Of a DNA stretch of 64,000 bases, positions 21,100 through 33,916 are shown in pieces. Below the pieces are notes generated by a model. That model made no database searches. It saw only the letters and a program-made list of their open reading frames with translations, and was not told where the DNA came from. The position numbers and the translations under genes are program-made. The DNA is from Microcoleus sp. (GTDB lineage: Bacteria > Cyanobacteriota > Cyanobacteriia > Cyanobacteriales > Microcoleaceae): the NCBI GenBank assembly GCA_042408215.1, contig JAYFMW010000006.1, positions 1 to 64,000 of the forward strand, read 5' to 3'. Position 1 is the stretch's first letter; the number at the start of each line of letters is the position of its first letter.

Positions 21100-24000
21100 C
21101 TATATTACCAATTCCCCAATTCCCCAATTCCCAATTCCCAATTCCCCATTCCCAATTCCCCAATTCCCCATTCCCCATTCCCAATTCCCCATTCCCAATT
21201 CCCCAATTCCCCATTCCCAATTCCCCAATTCCCCATTCCCAATTCCCCATTCCCAATTTCCCAATTCCCCAATTCCCAATTCCCCATTCCCAATTCCCCA
21301 ATTCCCCATTCCCAATTCCCAATTCCCCACCCAACCCCGGCCCACCCCGAGGCCGCACCCAATTCCCTCCCACGTCGTCGCAACCCCCGTCCCCGTCTCA
21401 AAAGCCACCCGCACCTTTTCCCACTCCACTTCCGCTTCCAACAGCCAATCGCCGGCTATGACCGCATCAAAAACCAGTTCCCCTCCCGACTCAACCACCT
21501 CGCGGCTCATAGATTCCAACTCCTTGCAAACTTCAGAAAAAGACAGGGCCCCCAAATTAGCGCTGCTCGACTTCAGCGTGTGAGAAGCCAGCTTCAAACT
21601 GTTAGCATCGCCCAGAAAAATAGCCTCCTTCATCGTTGCTATATGCTGCGGTGCATCCGACAAATATATTTTAATTAAATCCCCCAAAAAATCCGGGTCT
21701 TCCTCATCATCAAGCTCGCGGAGACTGTGCAAAATATGAAAATCTATAGGCGAATTTTCTCCTGGTTGCTCCCTTGAAGATACAGCAGCAGCACTCTCTG
21801 ATTTGTCAGAAACCTCTCCATTTTTCGGCTCAGCAACCGTAGCCAATTCATCCGGCTCCAGAGGTTGACACTTGCTCAGAGCGATCGCCAGCTCTTCCCG
21901 GCGGACAGGCTTGGTAATATAATAATCCATACCGGCTTCGAGACACTTTTCGCGATCGCCCTGCATCGCATTAGCAGTCATCGCAATAATCGTCGGCTTC
22001 TGATTAGCCGGCCAATCCCGACAAATGCGGCGCGTCGCTTCCAACCCGTCCATCTCGGGCATCTGCACATCCATCAGCACAACATCGTAAGACTGGCGCT
22101 TCAAGGCCTCCAAAACCTCGAACCCATTAGCCGCAATATCGGCCCGATATCCGATCCGATCGAGCAAGTGTATAGCTACTTTTTGATTCACCACATTATC
22201 CTCTGCCAGCAAAATCCGAATCTGAGCAGAATTAGCAGCATCTGGCCCCGAAGAATTGCTCGCAACCTGTCTCAAAACCGCAGGTGTCTGCTGTACGCGG
22301 TGTTGTTCCTGAGAATTTTCAAAATACTTCAATCCCGAAGTCAAAGTTGGCACATGAGAAATTTCCCCCCGCCCACTTTTGCCAGTAGCATACCCAAAAA
22401 CTTGCAGGAGTACATTATAAAACTGCGACTGTTTTAGAGGTTTAGTTAGAAAAGCAGCAAAATGCACTTCTGTAGTTTCAAGTTTTTTCCAAACTTCCGC
22501 CTTGCTCAAATAAGTAAACAGTACCAAAGGCAGCGGAACTTTGCGATCGCTTTTAACTTTTGCCCCATTGCGACGGTTCTGCACGTCGCCCGCAGCAAAA
22601 TTGCTCAGCTCAAATTTCCGAATCTCTACAGCCAGGGTAACACCATCCATATCTGATAGATTCATCGCCAAAATAGCCAAATCGATCGCCGAGTTTTGTT
22701 TCACTATTTCCAAAGCTTCAGCCGCCGAACTTGCGGTAATAGGTATCATGCCCCAAGACTCTGCCTGGGCGATCAAAACTTGCCTGTTAATGGCATGATT
22801 CTCCACAATTAACAAACGCTTTCCTGCGACAAACTCCGGCGGTTTTTCCTCAGTAATGCTCTCTATAGATTCAGCCATCACTGTGAAGTAAAAAATCGAA
22901 CCAGACCCCGATATCGACGGCTCTGCAAACTCTGCTGGTGGCTTTCCCGCCGTACTTTGGGCGATCGCACTTGCGGCCTCGGAATTGGCACTGCCCTGAG
23001 CCACCTGACTCACCACCCACATTTTACCGCCCATCAGATCGCTCAAACGCTGACTAATAGCCAGTCCCAAACCCGTCCCACCGTAATGTCGCGTCGTCGA
23101 AGCATCCACTTGCGAAAAAGCTTTAAACAGCCGATCCATCCTGTCTGGGGGAATACCAATTCCCGTATCTTTGACAGCAAATTTAATCTCATACTGTCTG
23201 CTAACTACTAACCGTTCGTTGTTAATTACTAAAGGTTCTGGCTCTTGAAAATTTGTCGTTTCCGGCAAACTATTAATAGTCAGCGTCGGCATCATCCTCG
23301 CCGTACAACATACCACAATTTCTCCCGACTCTGTAAATTTCACTGCATTGGCGAGCAGATTAACCAAAATTTGGCGCAGCCTCGTGACATCTCCTAAAAT
23401 ATTCTTGGGCACCGAATGATCGATCAAGTAAGCCAATTCTAAACCTTTTTCCGAGGCTCTGGGAGCTAGCAATTCCAGAGATTCTTCAATACAGTTTTGC
23501 AGCTCGAAGGGATGCTTTTCTAAATCCAGTTTTCCCGATTCTATCTTGGAAAAATCGAGGATGTCGTTAATGATCGTCAGCAAAGCATCGCCGCTAGTGC
23601 GAATTGTCTCCACAAAATCCCGCTGTTCAGTAGTTAGTTCCATATCCAGCAGCAAACCCGTCATCCCAATTACCGCATTCATCGGAGTGCGGATTTCGTG
23701 ACTCATCGTCGCTAAAAATTCGCTCTTAGCTCGGTTAGCAACTTCCGCCGCTTGTCGGGCTTGTTCCAAAGCTTCATTTTGCTCTGCGAGTTGTTGCTGT
23801 CGCTGCACTTCCGTCTCTAAAAGTTGTGCTTGAGCTAAAGTAATTCCGACTTGAGCGGCAACATCTTCTAACAGTTCAATTTCGTCAGGAGTCCATTGAC
23901 GAGTTGCATCGCACTGGTGCAAAGTAATAATGCCATTGGGTGTTCCTTGATAGGAAGTGCGAACTGCTAGCATAGATTTCAGTCCGATGCGGCGGCACAT

Positions 24001-26853
24001 AGGCACTGAAGATTCGAGCAAAGGATCGGCGAAGACATCGGGAGATGCCAGTGCTACATCTTCAGAAAGAAGTTTTTCGGTATAGGGGTTGTAAGTGACG
24101 GAAAGTTCTAAATCTAAGGCCGATTCGTAGGCTGGTTCTAAGTATTCGGCGACGCAAGGAAGGTGGGGATAAGGTTCGGCAATGTAAGTGTGAATTGTAC
24201 AGCGATTGACTCCAAATACGCGGCCGATTTGGGTAGCTGTAGTCTGAACAATTTCTTGAGTATCTAAGGTCGATCGCACTTTTTGAGTGATTTGTCTCAG
24301 CAGCAAACCGCGCTGGTACTGCCGCTCCAAAGTTCTCTCTCGCTCCTCCCGGGCAATTTCAGTGCCGATGTAATTACCCATCAACTTTAAAATTTCTAAA
24401 TTTAGCGGTTTCAAAGGAGGTTTAGGGGTGTGGGAAGTAAAGCTTAAAGTGCCAAAAACTCGCCCTCGCACCATTACCCGCGTACCAACAAATGCTTCTA
24501 GCCGCCGCACGGTGTAAGCGGGGTGATGACGCCACTGAGTCGTGCCGGCGGATTCTATAGCAATCGGTTCGGGCGATCGCAAAACCTCTCGCTCAAAAGT
24601 TCTACTCAAAGCAAAACCGTCTCCTTTGACAAATCCGAAGGGAAAATCTTCTGGCAAATAAGACGCGATCACTTCGTAGCGATCGCCCAAAACCCTCCCC
24701 AACAGCCCTATATCCATCCCTAACTGACTGCAACCCATTGCCAACAACCGTGCGGTTCGCTCATCAAAAGAGCCGTCATAACTCACCATTACCTCGTAGA
24801 GCGATCGAATAGCCCTCTCGCTTTCCCGCAGTTCCTCAACTTCTTCAACCCGGTAGCTGATGTCATGCAAAGTCCCTAAAAATCCGGCTATTTCACCTTC
24901 AGAATTCAGCCTGCTCTGGGCAAAAAGTTCCAGTGAAATAAAGCCTGAATGACTCGAATTTGCCAAGTCATCTTTGCCTGGTTCCGACTTTTTCAGAAAT
25001 CGCACTTCTCCCCGGAAAAACTCAGACTTTTGATGCAGCAAAGACTCGAATAAATTTGCACACTGCTGTCGCTCCTGCGGGTGCACCCAATCGAGCCAAT
25101 TAGTTTGCAAACTTTCGGCCACCGAAAAACCCGTAATTTCCGTCCAAGCGCGATTCAGAAATGTCCAAATACCCGCCACATCCGTCTGGAAAATTACTGT
25201 TGCTTTCAGACAGTCAAATACTTGCGATTGCTGCTGCTCGCTCTCGCAGAGTCTGAACTCTAACTGCTTGTTTTTAGTAATATCTGTATGAGTTCCCACC
25301 ACCCGCAGCGGTTTCCCCACAGCGTTGCGAAAAACTTGACCTTGGTTCAGCACCCAGACGATGCTCCCGTCTTTGCAGTACATCCGATATTCCGCTGCAA
25401 AATCGGCAGTTTTTTCTGCTAAGTGTGCTTCTAAAGCAGCCGTTACCGCATCCAGATCATCTCGGTGGATTCGGCTCCACCATTCCGATCGACGATTGGA
25501 TATTTCGTCTTCTTTGTAGCCGATAATTTCTTTCCACCGCACCGAATAAAAAAACTCATCAGTTTCGATGTTCCAATCCCACAACCCTTGATTGTTGACT
25601 TGAAGGGCGAGATTTGCGCGATCGGCAGCGTTTTGAGAAATTTCTTTAACTTCTGGGCGATTTGCCGCAGTAAGCTGTATTTCTGCTGAGAGTTTTTTGT
25701 ATTGCGCGCTGGTAGATTCTAGCTGGCGCTGCAAAGCGATTAAGCTCGAATGCAGAGATTTTGAATCCAGCGCTTGCAAAAGGATAGTTTTAGGATTAAC
25801 AATACCGATCGGGTGGCCGTGTTCATTAACAACTAACAAAGGCAGTTGGTAGTAGGTTTTTTGCAACAGAGCGATCGCCCCAGACAGGGTGTGGTAAGAG
25901 CGCACCAACGCCGGCGGACTACTGCAAATCGCTCCCGCTTTAGTTCTGAGCGAGTCCAGAGAGAGTGCTTGCAACAGTACGATATCGTGGCAACTTACCA
26001 CCCCAACCACTTTCTGGGAGTTCTGATTGGTAAATTTTGAATTCTGAGCAGCAGCAGTCGAGTTATCTTCTGAACTTTCGGTGATTAATACATAGCTAAC
26101 ATTGTGTCTGAACATCAATTGCGCCAAGTAGCGAACTGAAGAATTAGCCGGAGCATGAATAATTCGCTCCCCAGCGATTTGAGCGATTTGATAAAGTTTA
26201 ATTAATTTAGCTGGCAACTCTAATTTCGGCGGCAAAATTGGCAGCGGCGGAGGCGACGCGAAAGTCGCCGTAGAGGGCGTGGTGCTACTAACTGCTTGTT
26301 GTCTCGATTTCCCACTCTCTGATAACAGTTGCAGCAAGCTTTGAGAGTTAATTAAACCGACAAGTTCCTCAGCGTCATTGACGATGGGTAAGTGGCTGAT
26401 CTGGTTTTGCTCCAGCAGAGTGGACAAGGCAAAAAGATCGGGAATTTGCGATTCTCTCGCTACAACTACGGATCTGATCATGATTTGCTCGATCGCAAAT
26501 CCTCTCAAAGAAGCCCCGATCGAATTTAGTTGTAAGATGTCCCGTTCTGTAAAAATACCCAGCACCGACCCGCCGCGATCGCTTGAAGCAGCTTTTGAGC
26601 CATTGACACTGCGTCCGTCGAGTTCCCCCTGTACCGGACGCGGTACGCTATGGTACAAAGCCGACTTTTTCCCGCCTAGTGGCGAAGCCCCGTTTGTCCG
26701 ATTTCCGAGTAGAGAATTCCCGTGTGGTTCTAGCACGAGCACGTAACTAGCCCCTGTACGGCCCATCAGCTCTATCGCCTCTTCTATGGGCGTTTGAGGC
26801 GTGACTGTGAGGGGATTGCGGTTAATTACCTGACTAAGGGAGGGAATAAACAT
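21100..26853 (-). CDS. Hybrid sensor histidine kinase: CBS pairs, 2 PAS, 2 GAF, HisKA, HATPase, pseudo-REC, REC, HPt
   Basis: GLWDWN (PAS), [43 protein letters not shown]. Confidence 0.92.
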   Translation of the reverse strand: MFIPSLSQVINRNPLTVTPQTPIEEAIELMGRTGASYVLVLEPHGNSLLGNRTNGASPLGGKKSALYHSVPRPVQGELDGRSVNGSKAASSDRGGSVLGIFTERDILQLNSIGASLRGFAIEQIMIRSVVVARESQIPDLFALSTLLEQNQISHLPIVNDAEELVGLINSQSLLQLLSESGKSRQQAVSSTTPSTATFASPPPLPILPPKLELPAKLIKLYQIAQIAGERIIHAPANSSVRYLAQLMFRHNVSYVLITESSEDNSTAAAQNSKFTNQNSQKVVGVVSCHDIVLLQALSLDSLRTKAGAICSSPPALVRSYHTLSGAIALLQKTYYQLPLLVVNEHGHPIGIVNPKTILLQALDSKSLHSSLIALQRQLESTSAQYKKLSAEIQLTAANRPEVKEISQNAADRANLALQVNNQGLWDWNIETDEFFYSVRWKEIIGYKEDEISNRRSEWWSRIHRDDLDAVTAALEAHLAEKTADFAAEYRMYCKDGSIVWVLNQGQVFRNAVGKPLRVVGTHTDITKNKQLEFRLCESEQQQSQVFDCLKATVIFQTDVAGIWTFLNRAWTEITGFSVAESLQTNWLDWVHPQERQQCANLFESLLHQKSEFFRGEVRFLKKSEPGKDDLANSSHSGFISLELFAQSRLNSEGEIAGFLGTLHDISYRVEEVEELRESERAIRSLYEVMVSYDGSFDERTARLLAMGCSQLGMDIGLLGRVLGDRYEVIASYLPEDFPFGFVKGDGFALSRTFEREVLRSPEPIAIESAGTTQWRHHPAYTVRRLEAFVGTRVMVRGRVFGTLSFTSHTPKPPLKPLNLEILKLMGNYIGTEIAREERERTLERQYQRGLLLRQITQKVRSTLDTQEIVQTTATQIGRVFGVNRCTIHTYIAEPYPHLPCVAEYLEPAYESALDLELSVTYNPYTEKLLSEDVALASPDVFADPLLESSVPMCRRIGLKSMLAVRTSYQGTPNGIITLHQCDATRQWTPDEIELLEDVAAQVGITLAQAQLLETEVQRQQQLAEQNEALEQARQAAEVANRAKSEFLATMSHEIRTPMNAVIGMTGLLLDMELTTEQRDFVETIRTSGDALLTIINDILDFSKIESGKLDLEKHPFELQNCIEESLELLAPRASEKGLELAYLIDHSVPKNILGDVTRLRQILVNLLANAVKFTESGEIVVCCTARMMPTLTINSLPETTNFQEPEPLVINNERLVVSRQYEIKFAVKDTGIGIPPDRMDRLFKAFSQVDASTTRHYGGTGLGLAISQRLSDLMGGKMWVVSQVAQGSANSEAASAIAQSTAGKPPAEFAEPSISGSGSIFYFTVMAESIESITEEKPPEFVAGKRLLIVENHAINRQVLIAQAESWGMIPITASSAAEALEIVKQNSAIDLAILAMNLSDMDGVTLAVEIRKFELSNFAAGDVQNRRNGAKVKSDRKVPLPLVLFTYLSKAEVWKKLETTEVHFAAFLTKPLKQSQFYNVLLQVFGYATGKSGRGEISHVPTLTSGLKYFENSQEQHRVQQTPAVLRQVASNSSGPDAANSAQIRILLAEDNVVNQKVAIHLLDRIGYRADIAANGFEVLEALKRQSYDVVLMDVQMPEMDGLEATRRICRDWPANQKPTIIAMTANAMQGDREKCLEAGMDYYITKPVRREELAIALSKCQPLEPDELATVAEPKNGEVSDKSESAAAVSSREQPGENSPIDFHILHSLRELDDEEDPDFLGDLIKIYLSDAPQHIATMKEAIFLGDANSLKLASHTLKSSSANLGALSFSEVCKELESMSREVVESGGELVFDAVIAGDWLLEAEVEWEKVRVAFETGTGVATTWEGIGCGLGVGRGWVGNWELGMGNWGIGNGELGIGELGNWEWGIGNGELGNWEWGIGELGMGNWEWGMGNWGIGNGELGIGNWGIGELVI
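21107..21328. repeat. (AATTCCC)n-type STRR tract inside the 3' end of the kinase ORF
   Basis: Direct inspection. Confidence 0.9.
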
Positions 26854-27125
26854 CAGGGGGCATAAAAGTGATATTTGTGGAAAAACTCGATCGCAGGTGG
26901 CGAGTTAATTGACAGATTTTGCCCGCGAGGTTTGTTCCTCTGGCGCTCAAAGTTTCTGTACGATTTGACCCACCCCTACTTGCAACATCTTGACATTCAA
27001 TGTTAATTCCGCGCCCCTTTCCTGACTGGGAAAAGGTTAATCGTGTCTGAACCGATGCTCGCGCGCGAGATGGCCAACTTTTGCCTCGCCTCTAGAGTCC
27101 TCAATAGCCTAACCGCTGCGGGGTT

Positions 27126-27640
27126 GTAAACTACCCCACGGCGGTCAGCCGGGGGCTTTTAGTAGCCCTGATGTGGTCTGCAAGATTGCTGAACAACACC
27201 GAACCTCCGAGCGGGTTTACAAATGCCGCTCCAACGATTGAAATCATTTTTGAACCATTTTCATCGGCATCACAATGACTTCTACAACGCCCACACTTGA
27301 AAGCTTTACTACTCCGATAAGACTTCCCTTTTACGGGGTGGATGTGCAAGCAATTGTGGCAAGTCTGGCAGATGTGGGCTTAGGTCCTTTCAACTTACCC
27401 GCTGGATAGTTTATTTGTATAGTCGCAAGCATCCGCAAACGCTTTCAGCAAATCCTCAATCTTGACGGTTTGCTCGAAAGTGGGGTTGAGCTTGCAAACT
27501 CTAGTCAGCGTTTGTTCCATATCTCAATTAGATCGCAAGTGATACCATATAGTTCAAGGCGACTAAAGTCGCAGCCGCTTACCTCCCCAAGTCGGTCGCC
27601 AGGGGCTGACCCTCGGCTTTTCGGTGAGCCAGAATTTTGA
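27126..27640 (-). mobile_element. tnpB: Internally deleted IS200/IS605 element with tnpB remnant (27131-27520)
   Basis: MEQTLTRVCKLNPT...AFADACDY N-terminus joined to QTCHNC...CGRC...DADENGS C-terminus; right end AAGCCCCCGGCTGACCGCCGTGGGGTAGTTTAC. Left boundary approximate. Confidence 0.75.
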
Positions 27641-27879
27641 CGATCCTCTGAAATGCACCTGACTTCCTTGCCCTCAACCGAACTCGATCGAATTCTGTTT
27701 GAGGCAAGATGCCTACACGCTACCAATTTAGCAGCGACATGAGACTTCTCACCACATTACGACTTAGGTATTATAAAACTTTATTAAGTTTGTAAGCAGT
27801 AGTAAGCAATGGTAGTATTATATAGTCAGAAGGCTCAACTGAGAGAATTATTGCGCTTGTTGAAAAATGGAGAGTCTGA

Positions 27880-29175
27880 ATGCAACTAGCAGAGAGGCAC
27901 ATCATTAAATCCACAGAACATCGTTTCGCCCCGATCGATGGATTAGCATTTCAATCTAAAAATCTTTACAATGCTGCTAACTACGTGATTCGCCAGAGTT
28001 TTGTATACGGATGGGGATATCTCAATTACAACAAAATGGCTCAGTTAATGAAATCTCATCCAGCATATAAGGCATTACCAGCTAAAGTAAGTCAACAAAT
28101 ATTGATGATATTGGACAAGAATTGGCAAGCTTTTTTTGAAGCCATTAAAGCTTACAAAAATGAACCCACAAAATTTACTGGTCGCCCAAAGTTACCCAAG
28201 TACAAAGATAAAGTCAAAGGGCGAAACATTCTCGTTTATACGATTCAGGCGATTAGTACCAAGCAATTGAAGAAAGGAATTATCAAGCTGTCCGGGACTA
28301 ACATCTTGATTAAGACCCAGGTAAAACCAGAGCAAATTTGCCAAGTTAGACTTCCAAATGTGATTCTTATGTAATCGAGGTAATTTATGATGAGCCGGAG
28401 TCCACCGTCGAACCAAGTCCGAAAGAAGCAATTGCTAGTATCGATTTAGGGCTAAATAATTTAGTGGCGTTAACTTCAAATCAGCCGGGATTTGTCCCTT
28501 TACTGATTAACGGGCGACCACTGAAATCAATTAATCAATTTTACAACAAGCGTAAAGCACATCTACAATCTCAATTGAAAGGGAGTCGCAAAACATCGTG
28601 TAGAATTCAGCGCTTGACTCGTTGTCGAAACCAGAAAATCGATAATTACTTGCACCAAGCCAGTCGTTCTATCATCAATCTTTTAAGATCGGGAAAGATT
28701 GGGACTCTGGTAATAGGGAAAAACCTACAATGGAAAAACGAGATTAACTTAGGGAAACAAACTAATCAGAACTTCGTAACAGTTCCTCATACTCGATTGA
28801 TTGAGATGTTGGAATATAAGGCTGTATTGGTTGGAATAAAAGTGATTGTACAGGAAGAATCATATACTTCTCAATCCAGTTTCCTAAATTTAGATCCAAT
28901 TCCTGTATACGGGAGTATTGGTGACATGGATGTCACATTTAGTGGTAAGCGAATTAAGAGAGGATTGTACAAAACATCGAGCGGTAGATTGATTAATGCT
29001 GATGTTAACGGGTCTTACAATATATTGAGAAAAGCAATCCCAAATGCCTTGTGCAATGGGATAGGTCGTGGGCGTAGTTCAGCCCGTGTTGAATCCGCTC
29101 GAAGTAAAAAAGAAAGGGGAGGGATTCAACGCCTCCCATGGCACTGTAATAGATGACTATACTTTTACAAGCTAT
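27880..29175 (+). pseudogene. tnpB: Frameshifted tnpB, paralog of 42621..43943
   Basis: ORFs 27880..28374 and 28464..29156 align with the intact copy; small deletion near 28350 and further indels near 29070. Confidence 0.9.
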
Positions 29176-29304
29176 TTCCAGCGTGCAATTAGGAGAGGAT
29201 GGGGAGAGAGGGAGAGGGGGAGAGGGGGAAAGAGGCAGAAAATCAACAATTCTCATCTTGACTAATTCTATGTTATCCCAATTGTGACTCAGAGGATTGG
29301 AGAT

Positions 29305-30385
29305 TCAATTCGTGCGATCGAACTTGACCAAAATAGCACTGTTCCCCGCCACCGTAAAAGTAGCATTCCCACCATTCAGCGTTAACTTCCCAACAACCTC
29401 ATCCATCGCCCTCGAACTCAACTCCCGCACAGTGCCGCTACCCGCTTTTATCAGAGCCGAAATATCAGCATTAACAATGTAAGAATTGGGTTGACTGTTG
29501 ACAGCCAGCAGAGCAACATTATTGCTAGCATCTTTAATCGCAACTACCATTAAATTAGGACTATTAGCGATCGGAAAAAAAGTAGATTTCCCCCCTGCAA
29601 AGCCCTAATTCCCATCCGCAAAGCATAGTAACCGGCGCGCCGTTTTCCCCCACTTAAGAGCAAACCTTCTGCCAGTCCCAGCTTTCCCCAGTCGTACAAA
29701 CAGAATATGTGACTACCATCAATATAATTATCCCCCGGCTGGGAAACCCGAATCAAATTCTTAATCAAATTTAAAGCTCAAGATAAATTGTTATAGCTAA
29801 TTTCATAACTTCCCCATTCCCCCACCCAAAGCGGAGAGTTAGCAAGAGGAGTTCCCTGCATCCAGCCGTGCACTTTGCGGGTGTAGTTAGAAATATCTGC
29901 ATCGTAGTTGTGGACATTGACAGTATCGAAATAACTAGGAATTTCCTGCAAAGCAACAGCAGGCCAATTGCAGCCACAGTTTTCGGGCCGTGGATGCGGT
30001 AAGTGCGCGCAGGCAAATAAGTTTTGTAAACAAAGTCGATCGCATCAGACGCCACTTTCACCAACTCAAAATAATCCGCCCTAGTCCCCCCCCAACCCTG
30101 AGCGCGATTATCCGGTTCGTTGTGAATTTCCCAATCATCAACCCGGTAATCATTGCGAACATTCAGCCAATAAACCGTAGCAAAAACCTGTTCCCACCAC
30201 TCATTCCAATCTTCTTGATTGCGGGGCGGATTCAGTTGCAGAGCCCAACTAGGTTTCCAGCTATTGTCAACATTCCGAATACTTACAACGGGGCGAATCT
30301 TAGCTTGTTTAAGACTACTAAAAATAGTCCTGGCATTGCCTTCCCAAAAAGTACCGGGTTTTCCCCACCACCAAGAATCGCTACC
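29305..30385 (-). pseudogene. Fragmented clan GH-A glycoside hydrolase-like gene (5' end missing)
   Basis: Minus-strand translation ...EWWEQVFATVYWLNVRNDYRVDDWEIHNEPDNRAQGWGG... with NEP motif; downstream part broken across frames. Confidence 0.6.
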
Positions 30386-31192
30386 GTTGGGCGGCTGTCC
30401 GAACTTTACTATCTTTTGCTCCTAATTCTTTGAGTTTGTTGAACTCTGCTGTATATTCTTCCCTCGTCAAACTCGGCATATTCGCTATCTGAAACTGCGA
30501 ACCTTTTGTCATTGCAAAAGGTTTGACATTTTTCCAGTGTGGTATGGAAGCTGGTTTCAAGTCGGGCGGTATGGGCTGCCAGTAACCTGGTTGATTAACG
30601 GGAGTATATGTCACCTCGACAGTAGCGCCATCATCTTTGCGCCATTCTAGGATTTTGTTCGCTACAAATTCTCCCAATTGCACGCCGTCGGTTTTTGATT
30701 TCCCTTCAGCTATTGCTGCCAAAGATGCTGTTTTTGCTGCATCTAAAGTTGCTGTTTGTTTTGGGTACAAATTTGCTAACACGCGGTGTGCTGCTGCTAC
30801 TGCTGCTGCTTGGGCTGAGGCACCGGCGGGTGCTTCTACTGGTACTTTGTATAGTTTGTGAGTTTTGCTAACAGCATTTGCCGCATCGTAAATCGCAGCA
30901 TGAACCATCGCTAAATTGCGCGCTGCCATTGGCCCAGAGGTTTTTTCACCACGGATGATATCTAATGTGAGAGCATTCCAGCGGACGATCGCATCTTGAG
31001 ACTGGCGATCGGGGGTTTGGGCGATTCCCTACGGGATAGCTTCGCACGCGCGTGCTTTCCGGTTGCAGCACCAAGCGCAGGGGAGTTTGTTGCAATTTCA
31101 GAACCAATAGTGCTCGTAGCAGCTAGGGAACTAACTGCAAGAATTGCGAAAATTAAACCCATTTTCAGAGGCTGGCGCGGTTTTGAATTCAT
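30381..31192 (-). pseudogene. Vanadium haloperoxidase/PAP2-like secreted protein, frameshifted and 3'-truncated
   Basis: AARNLAMVHAAIYDA.N, AAAHRVL..LYP, W..VKPF, ELGAKDSKVRT; 17-nt insertion at 31026-31042. Confidence 0.8.
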
Positions 31193-31961
31193 GGCGTTTA
31201 TTGAAAATAATATTCAAAAGCTTGTTGCGACCAGGATTGTAAGCCCTACTTGTCAACCAGCTAGTTTTCTTAAACAATTCTTAAGAAATATTCTTGATAT
31301 TATTCTGATTTAAAAAAGAAACGATTAACCAGACTGTAGCAGTGTAACCTTTGTATTTATGGAGTTTGAGTGATTAGTAGGATTCAAAAAAAAAATTTTT
31401 TTATAAATTAGTTGACTTTAATTATCAATAAGCTTACAATCTAAATCGTCTAGATTAATTGGGGCAAGACAATTAAACGTAATTGCAGATACGTGATTCT
31501 TCCAGTCTTTTGACTGAGAAGATAATCCGAGCGTGTCAGAGAAAGGGCTGATTACGATCGACTGATCCATCGAGATTAATTTCTGATATTGACATAGCTT
31601 GACCCGCAGATAGCGCTTGTGAAAGCTAAAAAAGGCGCTGGCGGGGAAACTTATAAACCAGATGCGTTTGCCCTGGTTTTATCGTATCCAGGTAAGTATC
31701 CGACAGGTTGTCACAAGTGGCGATCGGAGTTTGCTGACGCAATTCATAGGCAAGATGTCTGTGCTATGGACTGAGGATTTTGCGGTCAACTTACCGACAA
31801 AACTATTCGAGGTCAACTGTTGATTGTTCAATAAATCGACTCAATTGTCGTCATTTTTTTTCGATATTGTGGCATCAATATTACTCCCAAAGTCTGACTT
31901 CAGGGTGTGGTTTTACACGCGCTTAAATAAAACTAAAAAATAAACATCAAAGGAGTTTCTA

Positions 31962-33854
31962 ATGGTTCCCGATAACTTGTTGAATACATCATCTCCCCTA
32001 TTTCCCAATACTGCAATAGCAGACTTAGGAATATCCAGTGGCTTATCAGCGTTGGATAGTTTAGTTGCAAAGTCGATCGGCTCACCCAGCATCCTCAATG
32101 CAGAAAGAACCGCTAGCGAAATTAAATTCCAAAACAATGACAGCCTACTCACAGGCGACGGTAGTGGCATAATTTTTGCAGACACAGGTAAAGACATTAT
32201 TAATGCCGGAGAAAAAGCAACCGCCATCTTCGCTAGCGAAGGTAATAAAAACATTACCGGCAGCCCCGGCGATGATACCATCAATGCCCAAGCAGGCAAC
32301 GACATCATCAATGCCTCAGAAGGCAACAACCGCGTCTTCGCAGGCAAAGGCAACAACCGCGTGGTTACAGGGAGTGGCAACGATTTCGTCACCGCAGGTA
32401 GTGGCGACGACCAAATCTACACCGGTGCCGGCGATGACAACATCAACGCAGGCGACGGCGATAACCTGATCAAACCAGGCACTGGCAACGATACAGTTTC
32501 CCTCGGTAATGGTAGCGATCAAATCGCTCTGGAAGCAGGTGCTGGTTCCGTGACCATATCTGGATTCAATGCAGCGGCAGATAAACTGCGCTTAGGTGGC
32601 AGTCTTGTCGGTAAACCCCTCTCCTTTGTGACCGAAGTGGGCAACACCCTGATCAAAGCCGGAGATGACTTGTTGGCAACCATCAAAGACGTAGCTACAG
32701 GAGTGCAAAAAGCTGTTCTTTCCAACGAAATACCCATGTACCGATACCAGGCTATTGACCTTGGTTCGATCGCTCCCACAGGCAATGACACGCGAGCTAA
32801 TGCCATTAACGATCGGGGACAGATAGCTGGTCGTTCCCAAACCACCGAAGTGCTTGGCACGGGGTTCCGCAACCAAGGGTTTATTTGGGATAACGGGGTG
32901 TTCAAGCCGCTGACTAGCACCGGCATCAAAAATGGTGGCGGTGAGAATACCGGAAAAGAGGTTACTCAGCGTGGTGGTGGTGGGTTTACCGCAGCCATCA
33001 ACGATTTAGGCGCGATCGCCGGTACAAGCGATGAAATTGCCGGTCAAGCCACAGACCGCGGCTTACTGTGGCAAAAAACTGGCGACGACTACAGCCTACA
33101 AATCACCGACTTGCCCGGTGTTGAAACCTATTTCTTCGACATTAACAACCAAAACCAAATGGCCGGCCGCCACATCTACAAGCCGTCCAGCGGCACAATC
33201 CCCGCTCGCACCCGCCCGTTTTCTGTAGACCGGGGTTTCATCAATCCACTGCCGGATTTGGGTGGCGACACCGGTATCGCAAATGGAATTAACAACAAAA
33301 GTGTCATAGTCGGACAAATTGACAGTGACGGACTCAACGACAAGACCGTCAACACTGCGGCGTTGTGGGAAAAAGGCGCAGATGGTAAATACGAACTCAC
33401 CAACCTCGGCACCTTTGGGGCAGAAGGAGCCATTGCCCGCGACATCAACGATAGCGGTCAAATCATCGGTCAGACTAGCAGTGGCACCGGTGCTACAGCT
33501 ACAAGTTCGCCATTCCTGTTCCAGAACGGTCAAAAAACTAACCTCGGCAGTCTTGGCGGTGCAACGGGTTCCACCACTGGCATTAACCAATTCGGTCAAG
33601 TAGTCGGCGTCTCCCAGAATGGGGTCGGTCAAAACCGCGCCTTTGTCTGGAACAACGGTGTAATCAAAGACTTGAACGGTCTGACACTAACGAGTCCGAC
33701 CTTTGGCGGCTCGAATGTGACATTAACTAACGCGACTGGCATCAATAATTTCGGTGATATTTCTGCCTACGGGAGTTATACCTACAAAGATGCCAAGGGT
33801 GCGACCTTAACGGGAACCCGCGCTTATCTGCTGAAGGCGATTCCGACAACTTAA
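31962..33854 (+). CDS. Secreted protein with RTX Ca-binding repeats and HAF/DUF3466-type repeats
   Basis: GxGxD nonapeptides; repeated DLG...A.AIND.GQI.G...AF.W units. Confidence 0.85.
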   Translation: MVPDNLLNTSSPLFPNTAIADLGISSGLSALDSLVAKSIGSPSILNAERTASEIKFQNNDSLLTGDGSGIIFADTGKDIINAGEKATAIFASEGNKNITGSPGDDTINAQAGNDIINASEGNNRVFAGKGNNRVVTGSGNDFVTAGSGDDQIYTGAGDDNINAGDGDNLIKPGTGNDTVSLGNGSDQIALEAGAGSVTISGFNAAADKLRLGGSLVGKPLSFVTEVGNTLIKAGDDLLATIKDVATGVQKAVLSNEIPMYRYQAIDLGSIAPTGNDTRANAINDRGQIAGRSQTTEVLGTGFRNQGFIWDNGVFKPLTSTGIKNGGGENTGKEVTQRGGGGFTAAINDLGAIAGTSDEIAGQATDRGLLWQKTGDDYSLQITDLPGVETYFFDINNQNQMAGRHIYKPSSGTIPARTRPFSVDRGFINPLPDLGGDTGIANGINNKSVIVGQIDSDGLNDKTVNTAALWEKGADGKYELTNLGTFGAEGAIARDINDSGQIIGQTSSGTGATATSSPFLFQNGQKTNLGSLGGATGSTTGINQFGQVVGVSQNGVGQNRAFVWNNGVIKDLNGLTLTSPTFGGSNVTLTNATGINNFGDISAYGSYTYKDAKGATLTGTRAYLLKAIPTT

Positions 33855-33916
33855 CCATAACTGGTTCCCAGGCAGAGCCTGGGAACCGAGATCCAGAGGC
33901 TCTGCCTCACTTTTAT

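Noticed and set aside
20665..21583. Pro/Ile/Phe- or Gly/Trp-rich ORFs (also 8884, 42331)
   Set aside because: Translations of heptamer repeats.
31300..31960. Riboswitch or ncRNA in the long leader of the RTX/HAF gene
   Set aside because: No consensus I can recognise; an Rfam scan would be needed.
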